From Octopus sinensis (lineage: Eukaryota): 64,000 bases of DNA. Shown piece by piece: positions 51,812 through 64,000 of this stretch (positions are counted from its first letter, which is position 1; the number at the start of each line of letters is the position of its first letter). The position numbers and the translations under genes were made by a program. Below the pieces are notes generated by a model that had not been told where the DNA came from, did no database searches, and saw nothing but the letters and a program-made list of their open reading frames with translations. The stretch covers positions 81,654,001 through 81,718,000 of the forward strand of contig NC_043003.1 of NCBI RefSeq assembly GCF_006345805.1. The letters are read 5' to 3'.

Positions 51812-52599
51812 GTAAAGCAATTTTCTTTTCTATTAGCTTTTCATGTTTGTTTTATGTATTTCAATAAAACCAGCGTTGTCATAAAAAATTGCCATTTACC
51901 ATAACTAAGTATCTTTTGTCTATTCTCATAACGTTATTTTTGTGGAAATAGAATTAACCTCCAGTGAAATATATTTTTTTTTATAACATAAACAGTATTA
52001 GGAGTATGTGCAAAATTCTATTCAAAATTCTATCACTCCGATGAAACGATTGAGCATTCCATTGACGGTTGGATAGTTTACCAAATATGCCTCTCTTGGT
52101 TTTTGATAAAATGTAATTTAATGACTCATTAGCCAGATTCAGTTAGGGGTTCGAAATTAGAGTTGTGCTGAGCACCCCACAACTTGCCACATGGCATTAG
52201 AAAAGTTGATGAAAATAACAAACATATTTGCACTTCGGGCTTTGTATTTCATCTCTGCCGCACTAAAATTATGTATTTGTCTTGAATGTCAATTATGTAG
52301 AATAGTAGTTGATATACATTATTGCTTGATGCGCACAATATGGAGTAATTGTGAAAAAGAAAGAGAATGTTAATCAACTTTAAAATTCTAGGTACCTTTC
52401 GAATCATGAAAAGAGAGTAAATTTATGCAAGGCTTCTCGTATCCCCAGCTTCTGTTGATAAGTATTTCACATTAAATAATGAAGTTGATTTATACTAATT
52501 ATCAGAAGTTTTCCTTTATACAGATACATAAACACAGACAAATCTATAAAGTAATATAACTACATGCAGAGATACATATATACATAGATAAGAGATATA

Positions 52600-53045
52600 A
52601 ATACAGGCATCTATGCATACATACATACACACATACATACATACATACATACATACATACATACATACATGTGTGTGTGTAGTAGTAGTAGTAGTAGTAG
52701 TAGTAGCAGTAGTAGTATTTTGTTAACGCCGAAACAGCATTTACTCACTTTCAAGAAACTGGTGTTTCAGATTCAATAAAATGCTATTTTACAATACCTC
52801 GCTATTCGAATCCAAATTTTCCACATGTGCTCACATACATACGTACATACATACATACACACATACATACACACATACACACATACACACATATACACAC
52901 ACATACACACACATACACACACACACACTCACACACTCACACTCACACACTCACACTCACACACTCACACTCACACTCACACACACACACACCACACACA
53001 CACACACACACTCACACACACACATATACACAAACACACACACAT
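52600..53045. repeat. (CATA)n, (AGT)n and (CA)n/(CACT)n microsatellites
   Basis: Direct reading; source of the HTHT ORFs. Confidence 0.9.
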
Positions 53046-53099
53046 ATAATTTAACTAAAACGAACGAAGGGAAATAACTCAGTCTGACAAATGGCATAT

Positions 53100-53485
53100 G
53101 GAAGCACTCCGTCGGTTACGACGATGAAGGTTCCGGTTGATCCGAATCAACGGAACAGCCTGCCCGTGAAATTAACGTGTAAGTGGCTGAGCACTCCACA
53201 GACACGTGCACCCTTAACGTAGTTCTCGGGGATATTCAGCGTGACACAGAGAGTGACAAGGCCGGCCCCTTGAAATACAGGTACAACAGAAACAGGAAGT
53301 AAGAGTGAGAGAAAGTTGTGGTGAAAGAGTACAGCAGGGATCACCACCATCCCCTACCGGAGCCTCGTGGAGCTTTTAGGTGTTTTCGCTCAATAAACAC
53401 TCACAACGCCCGGTCTGGGAATCGAAACCGCGATCCTATGACCGCGAGTCCGCTGCCCTAACTAATAGGCCATTGCGCCTCCACA
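53100..53485 (-). mobile_element. Full-length SINE family B
   Basis: 11-bp TSD aaatggcatat at 53089-53099 and 53487-53497. Confidence 0.93.
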
Positions 53486-53599
53486 GAAATGGCATATATT
53501 TGAATACTAAAGACAAATATAGGGATATCAAATACAACATAATTTCTTGATTTATTAAAATTATCTGTGCCTCTAGAGGCTGCATCATAATCGCTGCTT

Positions 53600-54250
53600 G
53601 TAGCAGGAATGATGTTTAATTGAAAATCTTAAAGGGAAGGAGTCCCTAAGATATCGATTAACCTTACGTATAGATGACCGTATGGTCCGCATATAATGCA
53701 AATTACAAGTCCCCAGTGGTTCTGGTGAATGGATATGTGAGGAATTGTTAGTTCCCATAAAGATAAAGGAAAGGTTATGGTAACATTGTTGGAAACAGGC
53801 AAAATATCCAGATTGAACGTGCATCTGTAAATGGTGGGTGGAAGCAACGGATCACTAAGTTAAGCCAGTTCTCGATACGTTTAAATTCTGAGGGGTGAGC
53901 GCAGAAGTGGTGGAGGGTGTTGGGTTCATATTGGAGAGAAAAGAAATGAGGAAACGATTAAGTCTGTGAATGAAGAGGGTTATGTACTGATGAGGTGTAA
54001 AGTGCAGATAGCGTAACAAATGTGAAGTAGATGGAGTCGTTGAAAGTACAGAATATAGATTTGGGAAAGCTAGTGTAGAAACGAATGAACAGACGGAAAT
54101 AATGGGGGAAGCAGGTTCGATGGAAGAGACAGCGTAGAGTGGTGGATGTACAGACAGAAACCACGTGCAATAATCTTGTCGAGCAATGGTTAAAGACGAT
54201 TGTGTATACATAGTACGATGTCTAAATATAAGTTTGGAGACACCCATCGG
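53600..54250 (-). pseudogene. Heavily decayed PLE (RT thumb to GIY-YIG) fragment
   Basis: Remnants GYFACFQQCYHNLSFI and GLVICIICGPYGHLYV resemble the PLE Cys-rich linker and GIY-YIG start. Confidence 0.4.
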
Positions 54251-55661
54251 CATATGACTGATACAAGTATCAGAGAAAGAGTTTTATATTCAACTAGTGA
54301 TTAACTCATATATCCTTAAAACTCACGGCCTATTTTTTTTCTTTCACCAGAAAATTAAATTTTAGTAATACGTCACATTTAAATCATTCATTACACGACA
54401 TATAAATATTATATGCTCGCACGAATCACCTTACAGGCACTCACATGGCAACACGTATCTCACACATGGCCAGATACTTATATGTATGCACAGAATATTC
54501 ACACAGAAACAGCTTCACGAACGCATGCAATTATAACTCGTTCCATTTCCTCAAGCTTTTTACATCACTTAGGTTACAACTAAAAAGGTCTACTAGAACG
54601 AATCAAGTCGAAATATTGTACATAGGTGTAACACAACTGATAACCAAGCAAGTTTCCAATTTCAACACCTTGCTCTCGTTTGTTATTTACTGATACCATA
54701 GTACACCAAAGGCAACATGGATTTCTGAAAGCCATAAAACAGTCATTCAGAAGGAGGAACGACTACTAGCTATGCAACTCTTATAGTTCAGATACTTCCT
54801 CTTAAACCCATCTTATCGTATATATTTTCTGTTTCAGAATCTATTTCTGTTTTTTTTATTATTATTTTGCCTTCTGTCCCTTTCTTTGCTCTATTTTTTT
54901 AAGCACACTGTAATAAGCTGGGACATATTCGCTGCATCCACTCCAATGTGAAACATATATATTTCTATATTATGTCTGTGTTTTTGTAGATGTATAATCT
55001 ATATGTATGTATATATGTATATACATATATAAATTGTATGTGAATATATGATTACATCTATATACATGTGTGTGTATATATTTGTATGTATAAATACGTG
55101 TATATATATGCATATATATGTGTATGTACATGTATGCATCTATGTTTATATATATATATACATATATGCATAGATAAATATATATACATAAATGTATATA
55201 TATATATAATATATACACACATATGTGTATATATGTATGTATTTGTGTATATGTATATATATGTATATATGTGTGTTTATAGGGTGTAAGATTTTTAATA
55301 CTAGAGTCCCTTTGAAAATGATTAATTACAATAGTAACTTGTAATATTCTTTGACATAATTCTTTTAGGCTGTAAGGGAATATCCCTTGATACTGGAAGC
55401 AGTGCTCATTGTAAATGCATTTATTTTGCTTCATTAGCCTGTTCGAGGACGCTTGCAAAAATAATCTATTGGTATTATTTCTATTGTCATTTGAAACTCC
55501 ATTTAATATTTTCACAAAAACGTATTCGTACACATATCATTTACGTTTATGTTAGGAGTACTACAAAAAGACGTGTGTTTGGTTGAAGTATATAAACTCT
55601 CTCAATAGTTATACTTTCATGAAAGGCATAAACCATTTCGAATTATAAATATATTAGAATA

Positions 55662-56022
55662 TCTATTATATAAAATCCGTTGTGTCAGTCTCTGTGTGTG
55701 TGTCTTCTAGAATCTCGGGCATCCTCCATCCGATTGCGCTCAAATTTGATATGTAGATACCGACGGTATCAGGGTGTGTATAAGTTTTGGAAAAATTACA
55801 AAAATCGATTCTAGGTGAGAATGCAATCAGTAAAGCCGTGGGAACGTGCATTTATACGCGCAATAAAATCGCTTTTCTTTGGAATAGAAAAAAGTATATC
55901 TTTATTTCTTCTTTTGTTTTGTCTAAAATTTAGGTTAAATCAGTGTTTCTCAAAGGGGACAGTCGGACAAATTTTTGAGAAAATTTGGTTTAAACAACTC
56001 AGCACCGCGCCCATTTTGCTAG
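55662..56022 (+). mobile_element. Non-autonomous Helitron, family H2
   Basis: A|TCTATTATATAAAA start, CTAG|T end with a degenerate GC-rich subterminal segment. Confidence 0.65.
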
Positions 56023-56225
56023 TAATTATATATTTACACATCAAGGTGAAGTAACTGTTTATGGAGTGTATATATGATCTACGATGTAAAGGACCCTGTT
56101 TAATTTCACACAAAATATTTTAAATATCTAAATCGATAAACCATTGTAAACATTGTTTGGTTATTAACATCCACGATGAACGGAACAAAATCAAGAAAAC
56201 AAAATACTTTTGTTGAAGTTGTAAA

Positions 56226-56620
56226 TCTTTATATATAAAAGAGAGGTTGTGTGCTGTCTGTCTCCTACGATTTAGATTCCTAACTACTCCCACATTTTGC
56301 GGTGCAGTTTAACCAAAACCGGGTATCTTATAGTCGTGATTCATATCGAGCCCTTCTGGGTATTAGCGCGCGTCTACGATGAGTCTACGATAAAAAAAAA
56401 ATTACCATCAGTTTTTCCCATTTTTAATGCATTTTTTTTAATATAAGGGAAGTAACTCTCTAAAATTTATTATTAAATCTCAGAACGTAAAAAGCTACAG
56501 TAACCCCCCCCCCCCTTTGTGGCTAGCCATATTGAGATGGGTATTATACTTTACATCTCTAAAAATGCTTATATAGTTATTTCCCTTACAAACCCGAGCA
56601 ACGCCGGGAGATACTGCTAG
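56226..56620 (+). mobile_element. Non-autonomous Helitron, family H1, copy 2
   Basis: A|TC start, cccgagcaacgccggg hairpin, CTAG|T. Confidence 0.85.
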
Positions 56621-56826
56621 TTGATAATATATCAAAATAATTGTTGGATTGTTTGCTTGAATTAGAAATACTTATTACAGTGCGAGATCAGTAGCAATAA
56701 TCTTTATCCCAACTTCTTTTTGTCTTTCAGGATACACGCAAAATTAGTTTTCATCACTAGTACCGCCGGTAATTTCATATTCAGACACAAAAATATAAAC
56801 TTTTCAGAACACAAGTTGTTTATATA

Positions 56827-57246
56827 CTCTTTTACTCTTTTACTAGTTTCAGTCATTTGACTGTGGCCATGCTGGAGCACCGCCTTTAGTCGAGCACATC
56901 GTCTCCACGACTTATTCTTTGTAAGCCTAGTACTTAATCTATCGGTCTCTTTTGCCGAACCACTAAGTTACGGGGACGTAAAAACACCGTAATCGGTTGT
57001 CAAGCGATGTTGGGGGAACACACATAAACACGCACATACATACACATACACACACGCACATATATATATATATACATATATACGACGGGCTTCTTTCAGT
57101 TTTCGGTCACCAAATCCGCTCACAAGGCTTTGGTCGGCTCGAGACTATAGTAGAAGACACTTACCCAAGGTGTCACACATTGAGAATGAACCCAGAACCA
57201 TGTGGTTTGGAAGCAAGCTACTTACCACACAGCCATTCCTGCGCCT
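56827..57246 (-). mobile_element. Full-length SINE family D
   Basis: Homologous to 36348-36773; (gtaaaaga)n tail. Confidence 0.92.
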
Positions 57247-57669
57247 ATATAAATTTACAATGGCTGAGGATTAGCATTACGCTTTGAAAGTTGAAGTAAC
57301 ACGGACTTTGAATCAAACTCTTTTGATCAATATGGGTGGGAGGCAAGTGTGATTGTTGGATGTGCGTTGACTGAAAAACATTATGGGAAAATTCTATCGT
57401 TTGAAATGGTAGTTGAACACAACTCTCTTCTCTCTCACCCCAGCTATATATCAACTCCCTATACACAAATTTAATTATCATTTCACATAACCCCTCTTAC
57501 CCAATAGAAACAACTTACCAGAAACTATGTAATACTAAGAGGAACCGATAGTCTCACAGTCCAACATGGTTAGCAGGCCGAAACTTTGAAGTCACTGTCA
57601 CTTCTCTTCTTGCAAGTGTATATTATTTTTATCATAAGATTAAATATTAACTTGTATACGTCTCTCCCC

Positions 57670-57713
<44 letters not shown>

Positions 57714-58419
57714 AGATATGCATGATGTTTGTTGACACACCGAGATAGATGAGACTGATGCCGTTAACGCCCTGTTTAAACTGTTGCATGTAAACATCTA
57801 TAGTATAGACGTGATCCGAGTGAAGATTCCATTAGAACGTTTCTTTCAAACAGAGCGGTGGGACTTTGTGATTAATGGGTGACTGGGTGGGGTTGTCGCA
57901 ATAAGTGTGATGACTGGTCGGAAGAGGTGTGGATTGGTGATACCTGAGATTTTGGGTTCCGAGACTACACAGCTATAAGGAACAGAGGACATTACTATAC
58001 CAATTGAAGAGACAGAGAAAACACTACACCTGTATGCCAGAGTCTGGGCATGTCTCCGTACCTAATTGCAAGCCATTTGTTCTATATGCCTTTTTCTCGT
58101 CGCATCTAGGATACCTGTGGGCATAGCAGTTACACAGTTCCAGATAGGAAAGCATTATATATTTGTGGGCCACCTTTGCGACTTTTAGATTGTCAGAAGC
58201 TCTTGGGTGCTGAAATATTTCATGCCCTTCAACTGAAGGCTCAGTCTTTGGGATACAGTCCTTGTTATGCTAAAGGTAATATTTCATCAGGCGGAAACAT
58301 CGATAATATTGTGTCTCAGCATTTGGCGAAAAAGTGAAAGCCTACATGAGTGTTGCTCGTGTTTAAAGTATGGGTGATGCGGTGATGTTGTGTTGATGTG
58401 ATCTTCCACCAACGTCCTC

Positions 58420-59447
58420 AAGCACAGGATAAGCCTAATGAGTCATGTGACAAAGATTATTTGGAGAGTGGAATTGAGTCGAGTGAAAGGTACTATTAGG
58501 GGAAACCTATCAGATGAACAGTTCGGATATCGAATTGGAAAGGGGACGAGAAATGCAATTGTGTGTTTCAGGACGTTGGTGGAAGAGTGTATAAAGAAAC
58601 AAAAAGGCTTGTACATCTGTTTTACTGACTATGTGAAAACATTTGACTGTGGTGTCAAGCATGAAGAGTTGGTGAGAATGTTGGAAGAACTCGAAATTGA
58701 TGAGAAAGATCTAAGAATGATTCAAAATTTGTATTGGAACCAGAAAGTAGCCATCAGATTGCAAGGAGAATTAGGTGACTGGATTGACATTCAGAAAGGC
58801 GTCCGGCAGGGTTGTATTTTGTCACCTGATTTATTCAACCTGTATAGTGAGAAAGCTCTAATCAAGATCAAGACATTGCAGGGAGCCTCAACTGGGGGAA
58901 AGGAATTATAACAATCTAAGTTACGCAGATGATACGGCTTTGCGGACACAGAAGAGAAGCTTCGTGTATTCATTAATATTGTGACTGAGGAGAGTGAAAA
59001 GATTGGATTGATGATTAACTGCCAGAAAACCTTCTCAGTGGTTTGTACCAAGAAAGCGCAGGTACTCGCATGTCGCTTGTCGGCAAATGGAACTGGGATA
59101 AAACAGAAGGACAGTTTCATATATCTGGGAAGTTGGATAGCATCAGATGGAAGGTCAGATAAGGACATCAAATCCAGAAGACTTTTATGGATATGAGGAG
59201 CAAAGAAGACTTTTATGGATATTAGGAGCATTTCTTGTGCAAAGAGAATTGGAATGGAAGTCAAGAAAAGACTATTGAAGTGCTACATCTGACTGGTGCT
59301 AACGTATGGATGTAAGATACTCAAAGCTGCAGAAATGTAATTTTATAGAAAAATGCTTAGAATCTGGAGGGTACAGAGGATGACGAATAAGGAAGTGTTA
59401 AAGAAGATGAAAGTGAAGATGGCTACTAACGGTTGATGGCTACTATC

Positions 59448-59488
<41 letters not shown>

Positions 59489-59735
59489 AAGACAGTGGAG
59501 ATTTGTTGGTCAATTCCTCAGAGAGGATGACGGAATGGAACGTTAAATGATGGAGATTGAGCTGGTGGGAAGGAGAGCGAGAGGAAGGCAGAGAATGATA
59601 TTCTATTGGATGAAGAAGAGAATGAACGTGCAGAGCGAGAAAATTCAGGGTGATGTTGCGAGAGACGGAAACAAATGGAGGAACAAGCCATGATCCGTCA
59701 ACGGCATGAGTATGCTATGACACAAGAAAGATGGT
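58420..59735 (+). pseudogene. 5'-truncated RTE-clade LINE (RT domain to 3' end), frameshifted
   Basis: SLMSHVTKII, EQFGYRIGKGTRNAI, KGVRQGCILSPDLFNLYSE, YADD, YLGSWIASDGRSDKDIKSR. Confidence 0.92.
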
Positions 59736-59849
59736 GATCATGCATCTCCATGGAAGTTTTTGTTGCTATTGGCTTCTGGAAGATGGACTCGAGTACTGCA
59801 TTTGGTCTCTAACTCCAGATGCAGAGACTAACTAAAGGTCTTATTTAAG

Positions 59850-59988
59850 GTACTGTTCAGGAAATGTTGCGTTCGGATGATGCATTTACCTATAAAAATT
59901 ACAGAGAATCTTACAAAAGTAAATATCTGATGAAAAGGCTCCCAGAACTATGCGACCTATTTGACCTAATAATCGGTCTCATGAACAG
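59850..59988 (+). CDS. 139-bp phase 1-2 exon of the same unidentified gene (G-TVQEMLRSDDAFTYKNYRESYKSKYLMKRLPELCDLFDLIIGLMN-R)
   Basis: Branch-point CTAAC at 59828-32, AG at 59848-49, donor CAG|GTAAGT, open frame bounded upstream by a stop, phase matches 51764-51811. Confidence 0.7.
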
Positions 59989-60039
59989 GTAAGTCATAAG
60001 TAAATGTACTCCAATCTCCCTTTTCATTGACATTGAAGA

Positions 60040-60620
60040 CAAAGAACTAGAATCATAACTTTCAAAGTCTTGGATCTACTACCATGACAACCAAATGCTA
60101 TATGCAGAACACAAGAAGTATATCAGTAAAGCAGCGAATTTTCTATTAAGATTTACAAAGAATGTGTGGGAGAATAAAAATGTCGGAACTTCTACAAAGT
60201 TGAAGGTGTTAAAGATCTATGTTCTTAGTACACTTCTTTATGACAGCTTGTCATCGAACAACGTACATGACACAGAACATAAACTTTACATGTTTCATTT
60301 GAGGCGTATGCACACAGTTCTTGGGAACAGCTAGCAGAACAGTGTTTGAAGCGTCGACGTATCTGCACTGGAATGTTACTGATGTTCACTTGCCGGCGAC
60401 AAGTACTTGGTGACTGGGAGAAGTTCGTTTTATAGATAATGATATTACATTAAAAAATTCATATATATACTAAGCTACTGATCTGGAATCTGAATTGAGA
60501 GACAGGCGTCTCTCTCGCGTAACTATACAAGGATGCATGCAAACATGACATAGAAGAAATCAACATCAAAACTCACTCGAGAGAAACAGTCGCAGAACAA
60601 ACAAAACATTTTATGGATCA
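60040..60620 (+). pseudogene. Decayed RTE (BovB-like) LINE fragment
   Basis: ISKAANFLLRFTKNVWENK...TKLKV...VLSTLLY...FHLRRMHTVLG and YKDACKHD. Confidence 0.7.
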
Positions 60621-62851
60621 ATAAAATTCACAGGCATTAAAAAGTGGAGAACAAGCCTTTCATAAAACCTGTTGAACAAAAGCTTACATAGCAAGCTATC
60701 CGCATGATGCATAATACTCGACATACATTTTAACAAACTACATAACTGATTCCTCTTTATGTCTTAATGGATAACTTCGCGATATGTGTTCCCTATTTTC
60801 TTGCATTATACAAGTGATTCGTCACTTTCAATGCTCAAACTCCCTACAGACTCTCGTTCAGATTTGGAACACACCTGCCATTCACAAAACTTTGATCGGC
60901 TAAAGAATGTTCGCTAAAATCCGACTGAAGCATTTCGATGATCTCGGCAACAGATCTGCAGTACCTCATGCAAAATTTGGCTTAGCTCGTTATTCGAATT
61001 AATTGGCCGTCTCAAAAGTTGTAGAGTTGTTCTAACACAACGTTATAAAATCTCAGTAGATAACTGAATAAGGGTAGATATTAATTATGAACCTTAATTT
61101 TTTTTTATTGGCTGTTAATGATAGAATTGTAAAACTGCTGTCCAGAGACATTGTGATAGTGCATGTACTTAAACCTTCTTGATAAAAACACTGTTTGTCT
61201 ACCTTGAGTATACTGTCTTGTATGTTTTAAATGATTGTTGCTATGTTTGTAATATGCTAAGTTATTCGAAGCGTATTGATGACTGAAATGTATTTGCAAA
61301 ATGATGTATGTCATTAAATATGTATCTAAGCAACACTCGTGAATTTTTTACGAAATTCGTGCAGAGATGTGCTCAATGCTTTAAGTATTTATTCTATTAT
61401 GTTAATAAGGAGCGCATAGCAATTTCTAATGATATCCAACTGGATAATCTATTTTGAGAACCTAAAATATGACTAAAATCTACAATACTTAAAATAAAGT
61501 ATGAGGTTTATACTTTAACATGGTGTAATGTATTTTCTTTTAGAAATTAACTTTAGACCTAGTTTCTGGAAGCAATTACAAACTAGATTCTTTGCATGTA
61601 TACGAAACGCCTATGCATGATATATTTTGAATGAAATACAATTCCATTTTAATCAAACTTTATTAAGTTATATCACAATACAAACGCATGCTTTCCTGAA
61701 TTTCGTAGTAAAAATAATTCATTCCTAGTAGAAAATCATTAAAATATGTTTGTGATTAAAACGCTTACCTTCTGCTGATGTATAGCACTGTCCAGTCTAA
61801 TATGCATTATGTGGTGAGTCAAAAATAGTTTTATCGAAATGAAATTGTATACGTAAAGAAATGAATAATTTTTAGCCTTAATTGCAGTTATTATTGAAAA
61901 TAGAAAATAAATAAGCATAGTAATATAAAGTAAGAGATTAATGTAGACAAGCAATGAAAAATGAGTCGGTTTTGATCTTGTTACACTTCAGGGAATTAAG
62001 ATCAAGCAAATAAATCCATAGTCACCGAATGACTTTTCGAAGTTACAATTACTTTGCACCATGCATGGATACTTTTTAACAAGAAAATGGTACAGCTATT
62101 GCAGCTTAATACAGTTAATGTAGGAAACAAAAATAATCTTTAATTAATTTAATTTAAATCTATAAAGAGAAAGCAAATGATGCTGAGATTTAACGTGACC
62201 AGCATTTTAATGTAGATATGCAGTAGAGAGTGATATGTACAGCCAACGTGTTTCCGCTGTTTATGTATGATAAGACGTTTCTCGTTAAATGTCTTGAAAA
62301 CATATTCAAAATGTATTGAGTCTTGCAATACCTGACTGAATGCTTGTGTTCATCTTTGATTTTTGGTATAATAAGTCTGTAAAGATAGTATATTCATAAT
62401 TTATGTACCGCAAATTAAATTAAGTATTATCTTTGCTTAATTTTAATTGTCTACACACTCAGATAATCATATTTCTATAAACAGTAAATCGACTCCCTAA
62501 TCATGTAGTCTCGAAATATAAAATGTAATGGTGACGTCAATACAGCTGAAGTTCATCTATAACATCGTTAGATAAATTTATGTAAACATACTTAATGTGG
62601 TTGTGCTGTTGAAATTTTCAGTTGTGAAAAGGTGATATTACGGTTCGTTTACGACTGTGGCATGACAGATTAAATGACAAATAATATATCTAAGGAGTAG
62701 ATGAATGTATTTCAGCACATGGTAGTCCCTAGCAAGGAATCAAATAAAAGTTTACTTTATTTCAACAAAATAGGACTTGGGGAATATTCGAAAGTGTCGG
62801 CTTGTAATTGGTGAGCTCATCAAAAGATAGTTAAAGTATGTTGTTTTGCAG

Positions 62852-62891
62852 GTGTTTTCATTACATTTACAGAAATCCAGATCATGCTTAA
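62852..62891 (+). CDS. Probable terminal coding exon (R-CFHYIYRNPDHA*) followed by an AT-rich 3' UTR
   Basis: Acceptor atgttgttttgcag|, phase 2 matches the previous exon, TAA at 62889-91, repeat-free downstream sequence with AATAAA near 63680 and 63898; alternative acceptor at 61992. Confidence 0.5.
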
Positions 62892-64000
62892 TCTTTACCT
62901 TCACTCGTTACGCATCTTTATTATGCATTTGTATGAGTTTATGTGCATGCAGCATAAGATTTATTATATGAAGCCAAATGAAAATAATTCATAAAACTTT
63001 AAACCAGAAATGTATTAATGCTCACGCTTTATTTCCTTCATATGCCAACTCCTATTTTTGGTGTATATGTATAATGAACTTCAAGAGAAGCAAGTTTGCA
63101 TAAAATATCTTATAATATCTTATACTCCAGTTCTGAATAACCTGATGAATATTTTCCTATTTGGCTTCGTTGATAAACGTACCCAGTTTGGTTAACCCAA
63201 TGCTCTTCATTGATTTTACTGAATTGAGTCAGATCAAGATTAGCGTTATATTTAACTGGATATAGCGAAATATATATATATTTATTTCCTAAATGTTTTT
63301 ATCCTATTTTCCACTTATCAACGTGTATGATACGTTTTGCTGAGAAATGAATGCAGATTTCAATGCCATGTTGGTATTTTGATAAGTTAGTTATGCTACG
63401 AAATGTAATTATCTGGCCAAATGTATACACTTTTATTTCCCTGCATATAGCTAGTCGTTTCTTTTCATTTTGAAAAATATGTAATTCAAAATAACATTTC
63501 TAAAGTTTATTAGTTCTTGATGTGGAAGACAATTAATCTATAATGAATACTAGGTAAATAATTTTAGTTTCTTAAACATTTACTGTATTTTTGAAATGTT
63601 AAATTTGTTTAATACTTCTTTTCAATGTACCTTTTATTCTGATCGATCTTGTAATAGGAATCACCAACAACCGATAATAAATAAAATTTAATTTATTTCT
63701 GGGGCGGAGGCGGTAGTGTTGTTAGAAGTGTATCATTTTATTAATTATTCGTTATATTGTATTTCTAGTTATCAACTTCAAGTAATCGACAACTGATCAC
63801 GATTTCCTCAAATCAGACATTTTACTTTTAAGTTGAAATTTAACGCGCAGCTGATCTATAAACCTGAACTATCTGGCTGAAATTCAGTTTGAAGATAAAT
63901 AAAGGAAAGAAATATTAAAAATTTTAAAGAAGTTATACGATATTTTATTTTTTATGCTTTTAACATTTAGATTTCCATTTTGCTCACAAAACTAAGATAC

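Noticed and set aside
53980-54020. Isolated CTGATGA heptamers (also near 38759, 59928 and 63142)
   Set aside because: No stem II or GAAA partner; expected by chance in AT-rich DNA

Overview
Strongly AT-rich, microsatellite-dense eukaryotic genomic DNA. The tRNA-derived SINE families and (TA)n/(TATC)n/(AAT)n arrays point to an octopus/cephalopod genome (inference from repeat content). Almost none of the supplied ORFs are genes: they are microsatellite translations or transposon remnants. The window is mostly intron-like sequence filled with four or more SINE families, R4/Dong, CR1 and RTE LINE fragments, Penelope-like element (PLE) pieces, mariner and maT remnants, non-autonomous Helitrons and an ~800-bp foldback element. 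Splice-signal reading reveals small phase-compatible exons of an unidentified + strand gene (51764-51811, 59850-59988, probable last exon from 62852) that the ORF track misses. The most striking signal is a set of hammerhead ribozyme (HHR) motifs from four unrelated repeat families. These include a near-perfect inverted/partial-tandem element at 31.75-32.65 kb carrying two fully canonical type I HHRs with an unusual branched stem II. A second notable observation is a 62-bp unique flank shared by two SINE copies 25 kb apart.
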